Assembly: GCA_033442325.1 (NCBI GenBank)
Contig: JAWQFM010000009.1
Span: 925,729-989,728, forward strand
Direction of reading: 5' to 3'
Source of the DNA: Salpingoeca rosetta
Taxonomy: Eukaryota; Protista; Choanoflagellata
Length of the DNA stretch: 64,000 bases
Part shown: positions 1 through 15,144 of the stretch, piece after piece
Layout: every line of letters begins with the position of its first letter
Numbering within the stretch: position 1 is the stretch's first letter
The notes under the pieces: generated by a model
The model's input: the letters and a program-made list of their open reading frames with translations, nothing else
Database searches by the model: none
Told to the model about the DNA's origin: nothing
Position numbers and translations under genes: made by a program

Positions 1-184
1 TGAGCGTGTGTGAGCGAGTGTGTGAGTGAGTGTGTGAGTGAGTGTGTGTGAGTGTGTGAGCGTGTGTGAGTGAGTGTGTGTGAGTGAGTGTGTGAGTGTG
101 TGAGTGAGTGTGTGTGAGTGTGTGAGTGAGAGTGAGTGTGTGTGAGTGTGTGTGTATGTGTGTGTGTGTTTGTGTGTGTGTGTG
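1..184. repeat. (GT/GTGA)n microsatellite
   Basis: Directly visible degenerate GTGA/GT run. Confidence 0.9.
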
Positions 185-307
185 GGATGCATGTGCATGA
201 ATGCATGCTGGTTTGCGAGAATGCATGCAACCAGTTTTTCCTGTCATTTTATGCGCCGCACATCTCACACCTGATCTCCTTCTTGTGCGTGGTTGTGGCG
301 CCACCAG

Positions 308-1459
308 CTCGGCAAGATTGATGCACAGGGCGGGGCGGGGACGACGGCCCCCAAGGACAACAGCGACGACAGCGATGACGATGGCATTGAGGAGGACATT
401 CCATCGCTCGGCGGCCCGGCACCGGCTGACACCGCACGCGGCAGCACGAATGAACACCAGCAGCAACAGCAGCAGCAGTCGTCGCTCCCCTGGTTGAACA
501 AGGAGCCGCGACAGCGAGGAGCACGACAGCCGGTGTGTATGCATATGTGTATATGTGTATGTATATGTGTATATGTGTATATGTGTGTGTGTTTATGCAT
601 GCGGGTGCTGATGATTCTGTCCTGATTTCTTCTTCTCACAATTCCTTTTTCCACCCCTCCATGTGGCCCGTCGCCAGTCTGACGCCATTGCCAACATGCA
701 TCGGGGACTCCCTGCCCGCCCAGACCTCCTCGAGTCAGTTTACACCCCCCCCACACACACAGACACAGACACACACACACACACACAGACACACAGACAC
801 ACACACACACACCACACACAGACACACACACACACACACACACACAGACACACGTGCTGGTGTGCGTGCATATGTGTGCGTGAGCACGTGATTGTTCATC
901 TGTTTGTTTGTCCCATTTGTTTGTTTTTGTGGTGTTTTTATGTCGACGGCTTGCCGTGAACCCAATGTTGATCACCTTATCTCACGAGTTGTGCTGTTGT
1001 GCGTGTGCGTGTGTGCAGTGACTTCAGGCAACGGTCCGGCCGCCAGCGCGCAAGAAGAGACATTGATCTCTCAAAGTGAGTCCTCACACACATACCACGA
1101 CACACACGCGACGCACGCACGCACACACACACACACATACACGCCTAAACAGCTTCCGCTTCATTGCAAGCAGTGCGTTACCACTGCCTGTTGTCACCAC
1201 CATTCTCATGACCACAATCACCACCAACATTCTCATGACCACAGTCGCCACCAACATTCTCATAACCGTTCTCATGACCACTTCCGTGACCACCACCAGG
1301 CCTGCGCTTGAGCGGGACGGGGCCGGGTCGAGTGTGCGGTCGTCATCTCTGGCGCCGTCCAGCGGACACAAGCTCGACTTTCTCAAGAGCAACGCGCGTG
1401 CCACTGCATCAGCACGCAGCAACCCCGACCAGAGCACGCGCGCACAGGGCAGCAGCAGC

Positions 1460-1499
<40 letters not shown>

Positions 1500-1882
1500 G
1501 CAGTGGTGGCGGTGTTGTTGATTTCCTCAACACGAAGCCCGACAGCAGCGGCGCGGCGCGTGCGCGTGCGCGTGGGAGTGGCGGGGGTGTGTTTCCGTGG
1601 GAGGCGAAGCAGCCGTCTGCAGGCAAGGGCAGAGCAAATGCTGGCGACAACAGCAGTGCTGCATACGCGCCAAGCTTCACGGCGGCGCCAGCAAAGGCGA
1701 CGACGGGCGCACGAGGCGGAGATGGTTTGCTTGCAGGCAATGACAGTGGCACAAGTGCGAGCAGTGCACCCAAGACGCTTCCGTGGATGAACGCGGGCGT
1801 GCGGAGACGAACGACACAGCCACCAGCGCAACACACCTTTGACGATGATGACGATGATGGCATTGAAAGCATCGAACTTTGA
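308..1882 (+). CDS. 3' exons of an unknown low-complexity protein (5' part upstream of window); exons approx. 308-532, 1019-1075, 1300-1882
   Basis: Coding-like exons bounded by AG/GT: LGKIDAQGGAGTTAPKDNSDDSDDDGIEEDIP..., ending ...DDDDDDGIESIEL*. Short LPW/FPW/LDFL motifs recur. No family recognised. Confidence 0.6.
1195..1295. repeat. Intronic minisatellite, about 27-nt unit with core CATTCTCATGACCAC
   Basis: Three to four degenerate copies visible. Confidence 0.7.
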
Positions 1883-2514
1883 AGCCAGCGGTGTGTATGT
1901 GTGTATGTGCGTGTATGTTTATGTGCATATGTGTGTTTATGTGTCAATGTGTGTACATGTGTATATGTGCTTGTGTGTACATGTGTATGTGCATGTGCGC
2001 GTGTGTATGTGCGTTCATAGAGAGGGCGCGATGGAGCAACACCATGCACGTGCGTAACGTGTTTTTGTGTTCTGCGTTCATGTGCCATCTTATGGCCACA
2101 GCTGAGGGTTTGTGCTTTTGTGGAATGGACATGCTAACATGATGTTTGGGATTTGTTACTTTACAACATCGTGCATGTTTCAAGTGTGTTGTCAATATCT
2201 CAAGTGTGTGTGTGTGTGTGTGTTTGTGCATGCGAGCGTTCCAATCGCTTCTGCTTTCCACTGCACCTTCAGTCGTTCTTAATGCACGCACGTGCGGAGT
2301 GCTGATTCAAGTTTACAACACAATACAGGCAGTTATATAGAATGGCGCCGAACTGAAAGCGAATGGCGGCGGGAACCAAGCAAGCAATCAGCCGAGCAGC
2401 GCATGAACAAAACAAGGGCAAAGCCTTGGTGCTGAGGCATGACGAAGAGTAACAAGCGAAGAGTGTGCATCAGCACCACATGTTCCACCACAGGCAAACA
2501 CAGGCGCACATGTG

Positions 2515-3204
2515 CTATTTCCCCTTTTCTCGTAGATACTCTGCGAGCTTCTCTGTTGCCTCTGCGCACACGGCCGGGTACATGCCAACGTCATATGTGC
2601 TGAGCACGTAGCTGTTCTTTGCCATGGCTATGATGATACCAGTCGACCCCTGCAAGTGGAGCATGAGTGTGAGTTCGTGTATTTGTGTGAGTGAGTGAGT
2701 GTATTTGTGAGTGGGAAGGAAGGCGAGTGATGCAGCGTGCGTTCAACACACACACACACACATGTGTACACACGTACACACACATATACACACATACGTA
2801 CACACACATATACACACACGTACACACACACACACATACACGTGTGTTGACCACGAGCATGCAAGCGATCAAGAGGCACAGGGGACATCCAACGTTGTTC
2901 AGCGAGCAGACGTGGAGCGTACGCGACAACAACGCACGTCTTTCGCGTAAATGGCACGGTCGTCGACCCTGATGCACTGGTAGTTCCTGCCTCCGAGTGA
3001 TAGCGGGTGTTCTCTTCCAAACGTGGGCGAGTCAAACGCTGCCTGGATGCGTGCAAACTCTTCCTGCGTGATCTACAGGGGGAAGCGTGCGTGAAGGTGG
3101 GTGAGTTCTAATGTGGGGCAAGAAGAGGGGGGGGGATTGGCAGGCAAACAAAGTTTATCGCACAGGTGCGCACAAACGAGTACGGCAGACAGGCAGACAC
3201 ACGC

Positions 3205-3247
<43 letters not shown>

Positions 3248-3393
3248 GTAAACATGCACACACGACACACACACACCTTGAAGTTTGGTGTTCTTGCTCG
3301 AATCCCACCATCTCTCTTGCGAATGATTGCCGCCTTTGACACGTGCTGTGTTGATAGCAGCGTCTGTTGCAACAGTGTCTGCAGCGGGTTCAT
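2515..3393 (-). CDS. PFN4: Profilin-4-like protein (3 exons: 3393-3277, approx. 3072-2938, approx. 2649-2515)
   Basis: Spliced product MNPLQTLLQQTLLSTQHVSKAAIIRKRDGGIRARTPNFK|ITQEEFARIQAAF...GRNYQCIRVDDRAIYAKD|GSTGIIIAMAKNSYVLSTYDVGMYPAVCAEATEKLAEYLREKGK*. It matches the PFN4 pattern (MSHLQSLL..., YRCVRAD, GMYPSICVEATESLGDYLR). Confidence 0.85.
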
Positions 3394-3637
3394 GTTCCGC
3401 GCTAGAGGCAAGGAGGAGGTGGAGGTAGAAGGAAGGAGGGTCGCACTCCACAGCACACGCACACAGCACAGCGTTGTTTGTCCACACCACACGCACACAG
3501 CACAGCGTTGTTTGTTCGTTGCCAGCGGCGTCCTGTCTTGTGTGTTTTTGTGAGCCGTTATTGATTGTGGAACGCGCACCACCATTACTGCTCGCTTGTT
3601 GTTGTGTTGCTGTCTCCTCTCTGTCTGTCTTGTTGGG

Positions 3638-5336
<1,699 letters not shown>

Positions 5337-6021
5337 ATGGCGTGTGTGTTTCTCCCTCCCTCTTTGCGTTTGCTTGTTTGTGTTTGATTGCTTGTGTTTG
5401 TTTGTTCGTGGTCCTCCTCCTTCCTTCCCCTTCTTCCTCTTCCTTCTTCTTCTCCTCTGCTTCTCCTTCAACCTGTCGCTGTTCGATCAGGATCATCCAA
5501 CTCTTCGCATGTACTGTTGCCATCACCAATTGCCATCACAATTACCATCACATATTGCCATCGTTTGACTAACAGCAAGGAGGGAGAGTGAAAGGGAAAG
5601 ATGGACGAGAAAGGGAAGGTAGGAAGATAGCAATGCAAGACAGGGGGCAGCAGCGAGACAAACAACACAAGCATGCACGGGTGGTGGTGGGCAGACGACA
5701 AGGAATGATAATGGAGGAGGAGGACGAAGAACGAAACAAAGGCAAAACACGCTGCTGCGCCGCGTTTGGACTTCCGAAGTTCGCCGATTATCATGAATAA
5801 CTTCAACTAATTTTCAGTCCAAGCTCATCGCTGTCTTCTTTGCTTTCCACCCCCACACCACTGCCTGCTTGACTGTGAACCAACCAACCCACGGCTGCGT
5901 GTGCACTCAAGAGTTGTTGCTGTTGCTGTTGTTGTTGTTCTCGCTCGTTGTTGTTCTTGGTGGTGTTGTTGCTGAGGTTGTTGCTCGAGAGAGACCTTGG
6001 AAGGAGACAAACTTGTCAGCC

Positions 6022-7292
6022 ATGTCCAACGTCACGTACACGCCCGACGGTGAGTGGATTGGACTCTTGTTACTAGTTCTTCTTGCGCACTGAAATTGGC
6101 GCACCAGCATGGGTGTCCTTGTGTGAAGCTATGGCAAATGTGTGCGAGTGTGCGTGAAGGTGTGAGTGCGTGTGAGTGTGTGAGTGTGCAGTTGGTTGTT
6201 GTTACAAGCGAAATGGCAATCCGTCACGCACTCTAGCGCGCACTCACACCCTCCAACTCACAACATACATGCTCACAACAGAGGTGCGCAACTGGGACAA
6301 TGAGGATCTGGTTGGATACCTCAAGTTCCTCAACATTGGCGACCCCGTCATCACCGCATTCCACGGTACAATTCGACTGGTGCTGCTGATAACACACACC
6401 ATGCACACAGACCGCCCACACAGATGTAAACCTCCGTTTCTCTTCCATTCACGCTGTGCACCACGCTTTGCGCTGCGAATGCTGTGCCCATGTGTAGACT
6501 CCGACATCTCTGGTTCAGACTTTCTCAACATTGACGAGCAAGCCATCGCAGACATGAACGTGCCGGCTGACGACGCCACCAAGATTCGCCAGGTGGGTTG
6601 TTGAGTAGCGTTGAGCAGGAAGCGCGTGCTGTTCACTTCATGCACTTCACCTTCAACTACTTGTTGAGACACAGCATCCTCTCATCCTCACGCACACACA
6701 CACCCCCTCTCACACGTCCCTCACACGTTCCTCCATCCTGTGTTGCTCCTCCCCACCTTCCCCACCTTCCCCACCTTCTGTCCTCCTCTTCTTCGCGTTG
6801 CTCGTTTGTTCTGCACAATCAGGGCATCTCGGCGATCCAGGCGAACGAGGGCAAGACACAGGAGCAAGAGGACTGGCGGTCTGACAGCGACGATGAGGAG
6901 ACACCGGCCCCTGCACAGCAGCAGCCGGCAGCTCCTGCCGTCAAGCCCACCGCATCCGTCAAGAAGGTGCGCTGCCGCGCTATGTTGCAGTGTGGTGTGG
7001 TGTGGTGTGGTTTGAGGAGGAGGGATAAAGAGAGGGCTTACTCAATTGGAAAGCAGCCTTTGTTCCAGTATCGGCTGTCGTTTCTTCGCCTGCACTGACC
7101 TGCTCCCATCGACTGTGTGTGTGTGTGTGTGCACGCGCTTGCTTGTGTTTCTTCCTTTGACCGCTTGCTTGTGCTTCTCCCTTTGACCGCTGCAGACGTC
7201 TGTGAAGGTTGCGAAGAAGAACGATCCCCTTCGTCTTGCCGCCCGCTCCAAGGCCGTCGCCGATCTCGCCGGTTGCGCCGTCGCCGCGTCAG

Positions 7293-7377
<85 letters not shown>

Positions 7378-10300
7378 ACAATGGCATGCACACACGCATA
7401 CGCACAAAACCATGCACACACATGTGCACACACACACACACACGCATGTGCATGTTCATAAATGGAGTCTGTTTGGTTGTGTCTATCCGCTCTTCAATGC
7501 ATGCAATGACATGTGTGTCTGTGCTTCTCCACACAAGCACGCACACACACATGCAAGCGCACACACGCACTCACACTATGGTGTTGTGCAGTGGGTGGCT
7601 GTGGAAGGTTGGCGGGTCTGGGTTCAAGCTGCGCAGCTGGAAGCGGCGGTACTTTGTGCTGACGGACGACAACTGCCTGTACTACTTCAAGTCGCCCAAG
7701 GAGATGTCTGCCCTGGGCATGATCCTGCTCCCATCCTACACCATCACAAAGGCAGACAAGTCTGAGAACCCGGGCAACCGCCAGTTTGCCTTCAAGGTGC
7801 GCTGGTTTCAAGTGTGTGTATGTTTTCGTGTGAGTGTGTGAGTGTGTGAGTGTTAGAGAGTGTGAGAGTGTGAGAGTGTGAGTGAGTGTGTGAGTGTGTG
7901 AGGGTGTGTGTGTGTGTGTGTGTTTTGTTTTGCCTTTGTGGCATGGCGTTGTCAAGACTCGAATGGCATCGTTAACATATGTACATGCATACATGTGTGT
8001 GTGTGTGTGCAGGCGTTCAACCGGGAGCACGAGGAGGCGCGCAAGTACATTTTCTCCGCAGAGACGGAGAGCGACATGAAGAAGTGGATGAACGTCATGT
8101 CCCTCGCGTCCATTGCATTTGGCAGCGCAAAGGCGTCCATGAAGAAGGCGGTACGTTAACACACACACACACATGCACACACATGGGATTGTTGGTGCTG
8201 GGACATCAATGTCGGTGCGTTGTGCTACTTGCATGCTCGTTTCCGTCTGCCATCTCGCCCTCCTCACCACCATCATCACCACCATAACTTGAACACATCG
8301 CCGCCGTCACTGTCACGCAATGCCAGGATGCCAAGCCCGGTGTGCTGACGGACGACAACGACGAGGACCTGAAGCTCATGCAGCGCAGAGCAGCGGAGCG
8401 CGCAGGCGGCGTAAGCACACACACACACATACACAGGATGCACACACACACACACACAGGATGCACACACACACACACAGGATGCACACACACACACATA
8501 AACACACACACACACACCTCTCAGATGCACGTGTGCATTTTTTTTTGAGACGTGTTCAACACGCCGCACCACGTGGCTTTGTGTCCCTCTCATGATTTTG
8601 ACGATACATTTTGTGGTGTCCTCTTTCTGGTGTTTGTGCGCGTGTGCAGGTGACTGGCGATGCGTCGGAAGCGCCGTCCAGTGCACCGGCGCGCACGTCC
8701 GTCAAGCTTCCGGCCTACATTCGCCGCACCCGCAGCAAGGCAGCGTACGTAGTTTGCATACGCGTGCTTTGCACATGCTCGCGTGCGTCTGCACTGATGC
8801 AATGCGCGTTTGTCTGTGTTGATTCCTTTGTGCTGACGTCAGCCCCTCCCCCGTCTTCTTTTGCCCCTCCCCCGCCTTCTTTACTGGCCGATGTGGCACT
8901 GCAGGAACCCCAAGGGCCCCGTGCTGACGGTGGTGAAACTTCTGGATGAGCAGACGCTGCAGCTCTACGCTGAGCCGTCAACAACCGGACAAAACATCCT
9001 CGACCAAGGTCTGCATATTGCTGCATGGCTGCAGAGGATCATGGTCTCATGTGCGTGTGTGTGTGCGCGCGCGAGCGTGTGTTGATGTTTGTGGCTGCTT
9101 GCGAGCAGTGTTACTCACATTTACTCACACCTGTACTCATGTGCTTGCCATGTTCCAGTGTGCACGATGCTGAAGGTGTGCGAGAAGTACTACTTTGGCC
9201 TCGAGTACTACGACTCGAAGGTGCGCACACCCCCGCTTCCACCAGCCATTCGCTCCCACGCACATGCATGCGACTGTCGTGAACCGCGCCTTTGACCTCC
9301 ACATGTAGCACGTGAATATATTGCACACACGCACACGCACGCACGCACGCACAAGCATACACACATACCATCTCTCTCACAAACACACACACACGGGCTC
9401 TATCTTTGCATTTATATGGCAGGGCGAGGCGGAGTGGGTGACGCTGGACAAGAAGCTGTTGAAGCAGGACATTCCACGCACACAGGACTTTATTGAGCTG
9501 CGCTTCTGTATCCGCTTCTACCCCGTCGACGTCACCCAGGTATGATGCTGGTCTTGGTTGCTGTTGTTGTTTAAGTTGTTGTTTAAGTTGTTGTTTTAAG
9601 TTGTTGTTTAAGTTGTTGCTGTTGTTGTTTAAGTTGTTAAGTTGTTAAGTTGTTATTTAAGTTGTTGTTGCAGTTGTTTAAGTTGTTATTTAAGTTGTTG
9701 TTCTTGCTGTTGTTCTTGTTATTAGTCACCTTAACCACGTGGCAACAGAGCAGACATGTGGCAATTGGGTGCACATATGTCCTCTTTCCCTCACTCCACT
9801 CAACCAACTCACGCGCCATGCAACCAACTCCCTCTCAACCCCACCCCATCAGGTGCTGCAGTATGTGACGCTGTACCAGACGTTCCTGGCCGCGCGCCGC
9901 TCTGTCGTGCGCAACGAGCTTGAGATCTCCAACAAGGATGCGTTCATGCTGGCGTCGCTGAGCATGCAGGCCATCCACGGCGACTACGACGCGACCAAGC
10001 ACACCCCGGCGGTGGTGGGCAAGGAGGAGCTCATCCCAGACGCCAACAAGGACGACATCATCCGCAGCAGCAACATCAAGACCGCAGACCTCAAGTGCGG
10101 GAAGCGTGCGGTGTTGTTGTTCTGTGGCCCAGCGGTGGTGGTGGTGGTGGTGCGCGGATGCGTTTTTCATGTGTGTGTGTGTGCGCGAGGTTTTGCATGC
10201 TACATTGTGTCTCAAAACCTGTGCATGTGCGTTCTTGCTCGCCTTTTCTCTCATCTTCTTCCCCCTTCTTCCAAACCAACCACCGACATGGTTGCCGGGA

Positions 10301-10740
10301 CCAGCACGTTCTGGGGCGAGGAAGTGATCCGGGTGTGGCGGTCCCTGCGCGGAATTCTGCGCCACCTTGCCGTCCTCAAGTACATGCAGATTGTTCAGAA
10401 GCACAGGTACACGCGTGTATGTGTGTGTGTGTGTTTGATGTTTCTGTGCACGCACCTTTGGTCGGGGTTTCACTCACGGCACATCATCCCCTCACCACCC
10501 TCCCCTCAACCTCCCCCCCCCTCTTCTTTTCGCAGCCAATTTGCGATGAAGCGGTTTGACATCAAGAACAAGAACGGCACCCCGCTTGTCCTGGGTGTGC
10601 ACCCGCGCGGGCTGTACTGCTTCCGCCTCACCAACCTCTACAAGCCCGTCGTCTCCTTCTCCTGGGCAGAGTGCTCCGAGCTCGCCTACACAGACAAGAA
10701 GTTCTCCATTCAGGTGAGCGTGCTTTTGTATGTTTGTGTT

Positions 10741-10784
<44 letters not shown>

Positions 10785-11377
10785 GTGTAAATCTTTGTGC
10801 AAGTGGATTTGTCTGTGCTTACTTGTTTTGTAGGTGTGCTTGATGGTGTGTGCGCTGACACCTGTTTTGATCTCCCCGTTTCACCAGTCGTGGCGCACAT
10901 CAACGCGACCGTGCTGCCAGCTGTTAACTCACCACAATCGCACACCTGTGATGCATGCGATGCGCAGGTGCACGACAAGTCGATCAAGGCGTTCAGCGTG
11001 TACACGGCGCGCTCCTCCACGTGCCAGCGCATTCTTGATCTGTGCGTTGGACTGCATCGCCTGTACGTGCAGGCAGCGCAGCAGTGGAAGAATCCTCCGC
11101 CAGACCTCAAGCGCATGCGCGCCGACGCCGTCAAGGCCGCCCTGCAGGAGCGCGAGCAGGTAACTGTGGAGCGGTGTGCTTGCATGCTTGCATGCACGCA
11201 AGCGGTGGCGGAGACAAAAGGAGGGCAGAGCAAACAGCTGCATGTTGTGGGCGTGTGTGTGTGTGTTTGGTTGCTCCTTGATTGGCGGTGGCTTCGTGTT
11301 CTTGACACGTTGGCATGGCCTGGCCTCATCAAGCATCGTCATGCAACGCATCTTTGTTGACTCACCCCATCTTCCCG

Positions 11378-11458
<81 letters not shown>

Positions 11459-12172
11459 GTCCCATCATTGCCGCAATGTTTGCAACCGACAGCTGAAAAA
11501 GGAGGCGCTTGCGGCCAAGGAGAAGGCGAAGCAGCTCAAGAAGGAAAAGGCCGCAAAGTACGAGAGCATGCGCTCGTGTGTGTGTGTGTGTGTGCGTGTG
11601 TGTGTGTGCGTGTGTGTGCGTGTGTGTGTGTGTGTCTCATCCTTTGTTACGTTGCTCAACACATACGCACACCTCTGCTTGCCATCCACTCAACACAAAC
11701 AGGGAGGAAGCCGCGAAGAAGCAAGCTGCCGCAGAGAGCGCCACGCAGCAGCAGCCCGAACAACAACAACAGCAACAGCAGCAGGCTGAAGAGCAGGGTG
11801 GAGAGGATGCACCCCAGCAGGAAGAAGTTGTTACAGATGAGGGCGAAACAGGTGCGTGATGTGGCACCATCTGCTCTGCTCCTTCTGCCTACGCTGTCCT
11901 TCACACACACACACACACAGACACACACACAGACACACACAGACACACAGACACACAGACACACACATGCACGCACATGTTGCTGTTTCAGCCCGCCTTA
12001 ACTCACCCCTCAACCCCCATTGTCACACGTGTGTGCGTGTGCAGTGTATGTGAAGGGCCGTGCCGAGGCGGTTGCGATGCTGGACATGATGATGGCAGAT
12101 GCAGACTTCATGGACTTCCAGGAGAGCATGCTCGCCGACTTTGAGGACGAAATGGTCGAGGAGCTCGAGCAG

Positions 12173-12237
<65 letters not shown>

Positions 12238-12590
12238 GCACACATGTGTGCTCGCAGGCACACGAGAGAAAGAGGCGGGGGCGGGGCAGCGTGAGGGATT
12301 TGAGGCGAGAGCCAACCTTACCCACCCCGCCTGCTCACCACCTCCACACCACAACCAACCATCACGACGACTCATCAACAATCAATGATGTTCAACAGGG
12401 CGGGCGTCTTCGTTCGCAGTCGTTTGCTGGCGGGAAGCGGCCCGTGCGCCGCAGCAAGGTGTCGACGGCGCCCGGTGTGCCGGAGGAGGGCGAGGGCGAT
12501 GATGATGCAGAGGAGGAGGATGTCGAGGTGTGCGACAACGACGCGCTTGATGAACGCGTGCAGTACCTCGACCACATCCACACCATGTAA
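6022..12590 (+). CDS. Multi-exon SAM - PH - FERM - coiled-coil protein (ERM/merlin-like C-terminal half)
   Basis: SAM: EVRNWDNEDLVGYLKFLNIG...ISGSDFLNIDEQAIADMNV. PH: GWLWKVGGSGFKLRSWKRRYFVL...YIFSAETESDMKKWMNVM. FERM: TTGQNILDQVC..YYFGLEYYD..EWVTLDKKL..LRFCIRFYP..QAIHGDYD..LVLGVHPRGL..FSWAECSELAYTDKKFSI..RILDLCVGLHRLY. A charged helix follows, then stop at 12590. Splice phases were compatible where checked. Confidence 0.88.
9563..9700. repeat. AT-rich intronic minisatellite (TTGTTGTTTAAG)n
   Basis: About 10 degenerate copies in a FERM-gene intron. Confidence 0.85.
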
Positions 12591-12983
12591 TCCTTCCCCC
12601 TCCACACCAAACACACACGCCAAGGACAGCCGCCAAGGAGTCACCGCCCACTCTGTCTGTCAGTCACCACCATGCTCGGCAGCTTGACAGCAATTCCTTT
12701 GCCTCCGTCTGGTGTGTTCTTTCCTGGTCACCCGTCTCGGCCCTTCTTCCGTATCTTTCTTGTTGTTGTTGCTGTTGCTGTTGCTGTTGTGCCCTGTTAT
12801 GCCAGTTGCCACTCCCAATCCTCCTCAATGTAGAACATACACATGCATACATGGCCATGGCGTTGTGCCTTTCCATTTTCTTGTCTTGTAGCCTTGCTTG
12901 CGTTTACTCTGATTTGTTTACGTCTGATGTGTTAGTTGTTGTTTGTTGTTTGTTGGTGTGTTGGGCGGTGACTGTGGCAATTG

Positions 12984-13602
12984 CTACAGCTCCGCGCGGT
13001 CTCGCTCTCTTTCGTCGTCTTCATCATAGTCTGCATTCCAACTTGCACCACTTCCCGCTTCTGCGTCGATGTTATCCCTCTCCAATAAAGCCCTGATTGT
13101 GTCGAGACCTCGGTTCCCAGACGAGAAGTCCTGGCTCGTGCACCCGCGGAAGCTGTTGATGCGCACGTCATGCTCTCCCAGCTCATACTGCAAGTATGGT
13201 TGCACACGCAAGTGTGTGAATACGTGTGTGTGAGTGAGTGCGTGTGAGAGTGAGAGTGAGTGCGTGTGTGTGTGAGCGATGGCACAAGGGGCACACCCAC
13301 GTTTCCAACCGTTTCCACCAGTCACCAGCAGTGAAGATTCAACACTTGAAAAACAAACGCACAGGTGTGTGCGCAACTCGGGACCTTTGCCCTCACTCAC
13401 CGGATCCTCGCCGTACAGCGTCTCAAGGCAGCTTGGCGACACGCACGATCGGACGCAGTTGAATCGTGCCACTTCTTCGCTCACGCCACGCTGTTCACAG
13501 TACGTCTCGCACAGCTGAAACGCCTTGCGCACCTGTCGTCCCTGTCGTTGTCATTCGTGTTGTGCTTTGGTGGTGAGGGCTGAAGCTGCATGCAGCACAC
13601 GA

Positions 13603-13641
<39 letters not shown>

Positions 13642-13958
13642 CATACGCACACACACACAAACAAACACACACAGGTATACATACACACAGGCACACACAC
13701 AGGCGCACACAGGCACAGACACACACAGACACACACACATGCATGCACTCATACACGACCACAACCACACACAGACATACACACAAGCGGACACACATAC
13801 TCACTCACATATCGTGATTTCTTCCTCCAGTGATAACGTTGATATTTAAACTTCACAGCCACGCTGGCGTCCACAAGCAACACCAAGACTACGACCACCG
13901 CACACCACATCATCACAACCCCACGCCCTCCTTGCCCTGTTCTTCTCCTCTCCATCAT
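12984..13958 (-). CDS. Small secreted cysteine-rich protein, DUF4787-like
   Basis: N-terminal hydrophobic signal ([18 protein letters not shown]) followed by C..C......[20 protein letters not shown]|[16 protein letters not shown]. This is the recalled DUF4787 signature (CISPxCY..LY..DPLEEGEID.R..SFKGC). Confidence 0.75.
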
Positions 13959-14220
13959 CGCTGCTGTGTTGCAGAAAATCGATGAACATCTTGCACAACT
14001 ATTCCGTACACGTCGCACATTTTCTCTGCCTGCACCAACAAAAAGGAGTGCGTTGTTTGTTGGTGGTGTGTTGTTGGTTGTGTCGAGAACTGAGCAAGAA
14101 GGCACGTCAGCCGATTCCTACCGACCCTCAGAAGCAGGGGGTTGTGCAATATTCCTTTGTGACAGCTTGAACAGGGAGTGTGTGAGCGTGTGTGAGCGTG
14201 TGTGAGTGAGACCACCGAAG

Positions 14221-15079
14221 ATGAGGGAGTTTGAGTATGATGAGGAGGGCACCAGCTCGTACTTTTTTGTGCTGGCGTTGCTGGTGTTGTACCTGACCGG
14301 TGCCACCATCTGGCGGCTCTGTCTTTGCTTCGTGGACGACGACGGCGAGGACGGTGCGTTAGGGGGCAGGTGGGGGGGGGAGAAAGGGGAAAGAAAGGGG
14401 AAAGGGAGTGGAATGTGTACACATGCACCTGGCCCTGCGCAAGTGTGTGTGTGTGTGTGTGTGTACTGTAACAAATGGTGTACCTTTTGTGCCATGCCGA
14501 TCTGTGCCTGGGCTTACGCCGCGTTGCTGCTTCTCCTTGATGCGAACAGATACTGAAATCGAGAAGCGCAAGGTCCGCAAGGCAAAGAACAAGAAACCCA
14601 GCAATCTCTTTTCAACATGGTGAGAGTGTGTGAGTTCATGCGTGAGTGAGTGAATGCGCGCGCGCGCGTGTGAGCTGGTGAACCTGCGATTCATCCATCG
14701 TTGACTTCAACAAACTCGCTTCGTTGGCATTGCCTTCTGCATTGAATCAAGCCCTTGCAGCTAAGACTTGCCTTCTCTCACTGGTGTATCCATCCATGCA
14801 CGAACACACACTTGCGCACACGCGCACGTGACAGGAACATCATCTACGTGCTGGCGTGGGCGGCCGTGCTTGCAATCATGTGGCAGATCTCCCACATGGA
14901 GCATGAGGCTGTGTACGACCCGTTTGAGATTCTGGAACTGCCATCCGTACGTTCCACTGCGATTTTCTGGTGCTCTGTTCTGAGAGGAGGGAGGCGAGGC
15001 AACGGTCGGACAAGGCACACATGCACGTGCCCGTGCATACGTGCGCACACGCCCCTCATACGTGCGCACATGACGTTCA

Positions 15080-15144
<65 letters not shown>

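Noticed and set aside
9563-9700. Regularly spaced repeats reminiscent of an array or CRISPR
   Set aside because: Simple degenerate minisatellite with no unique spacers and no cas genes; eukaryotic intron.
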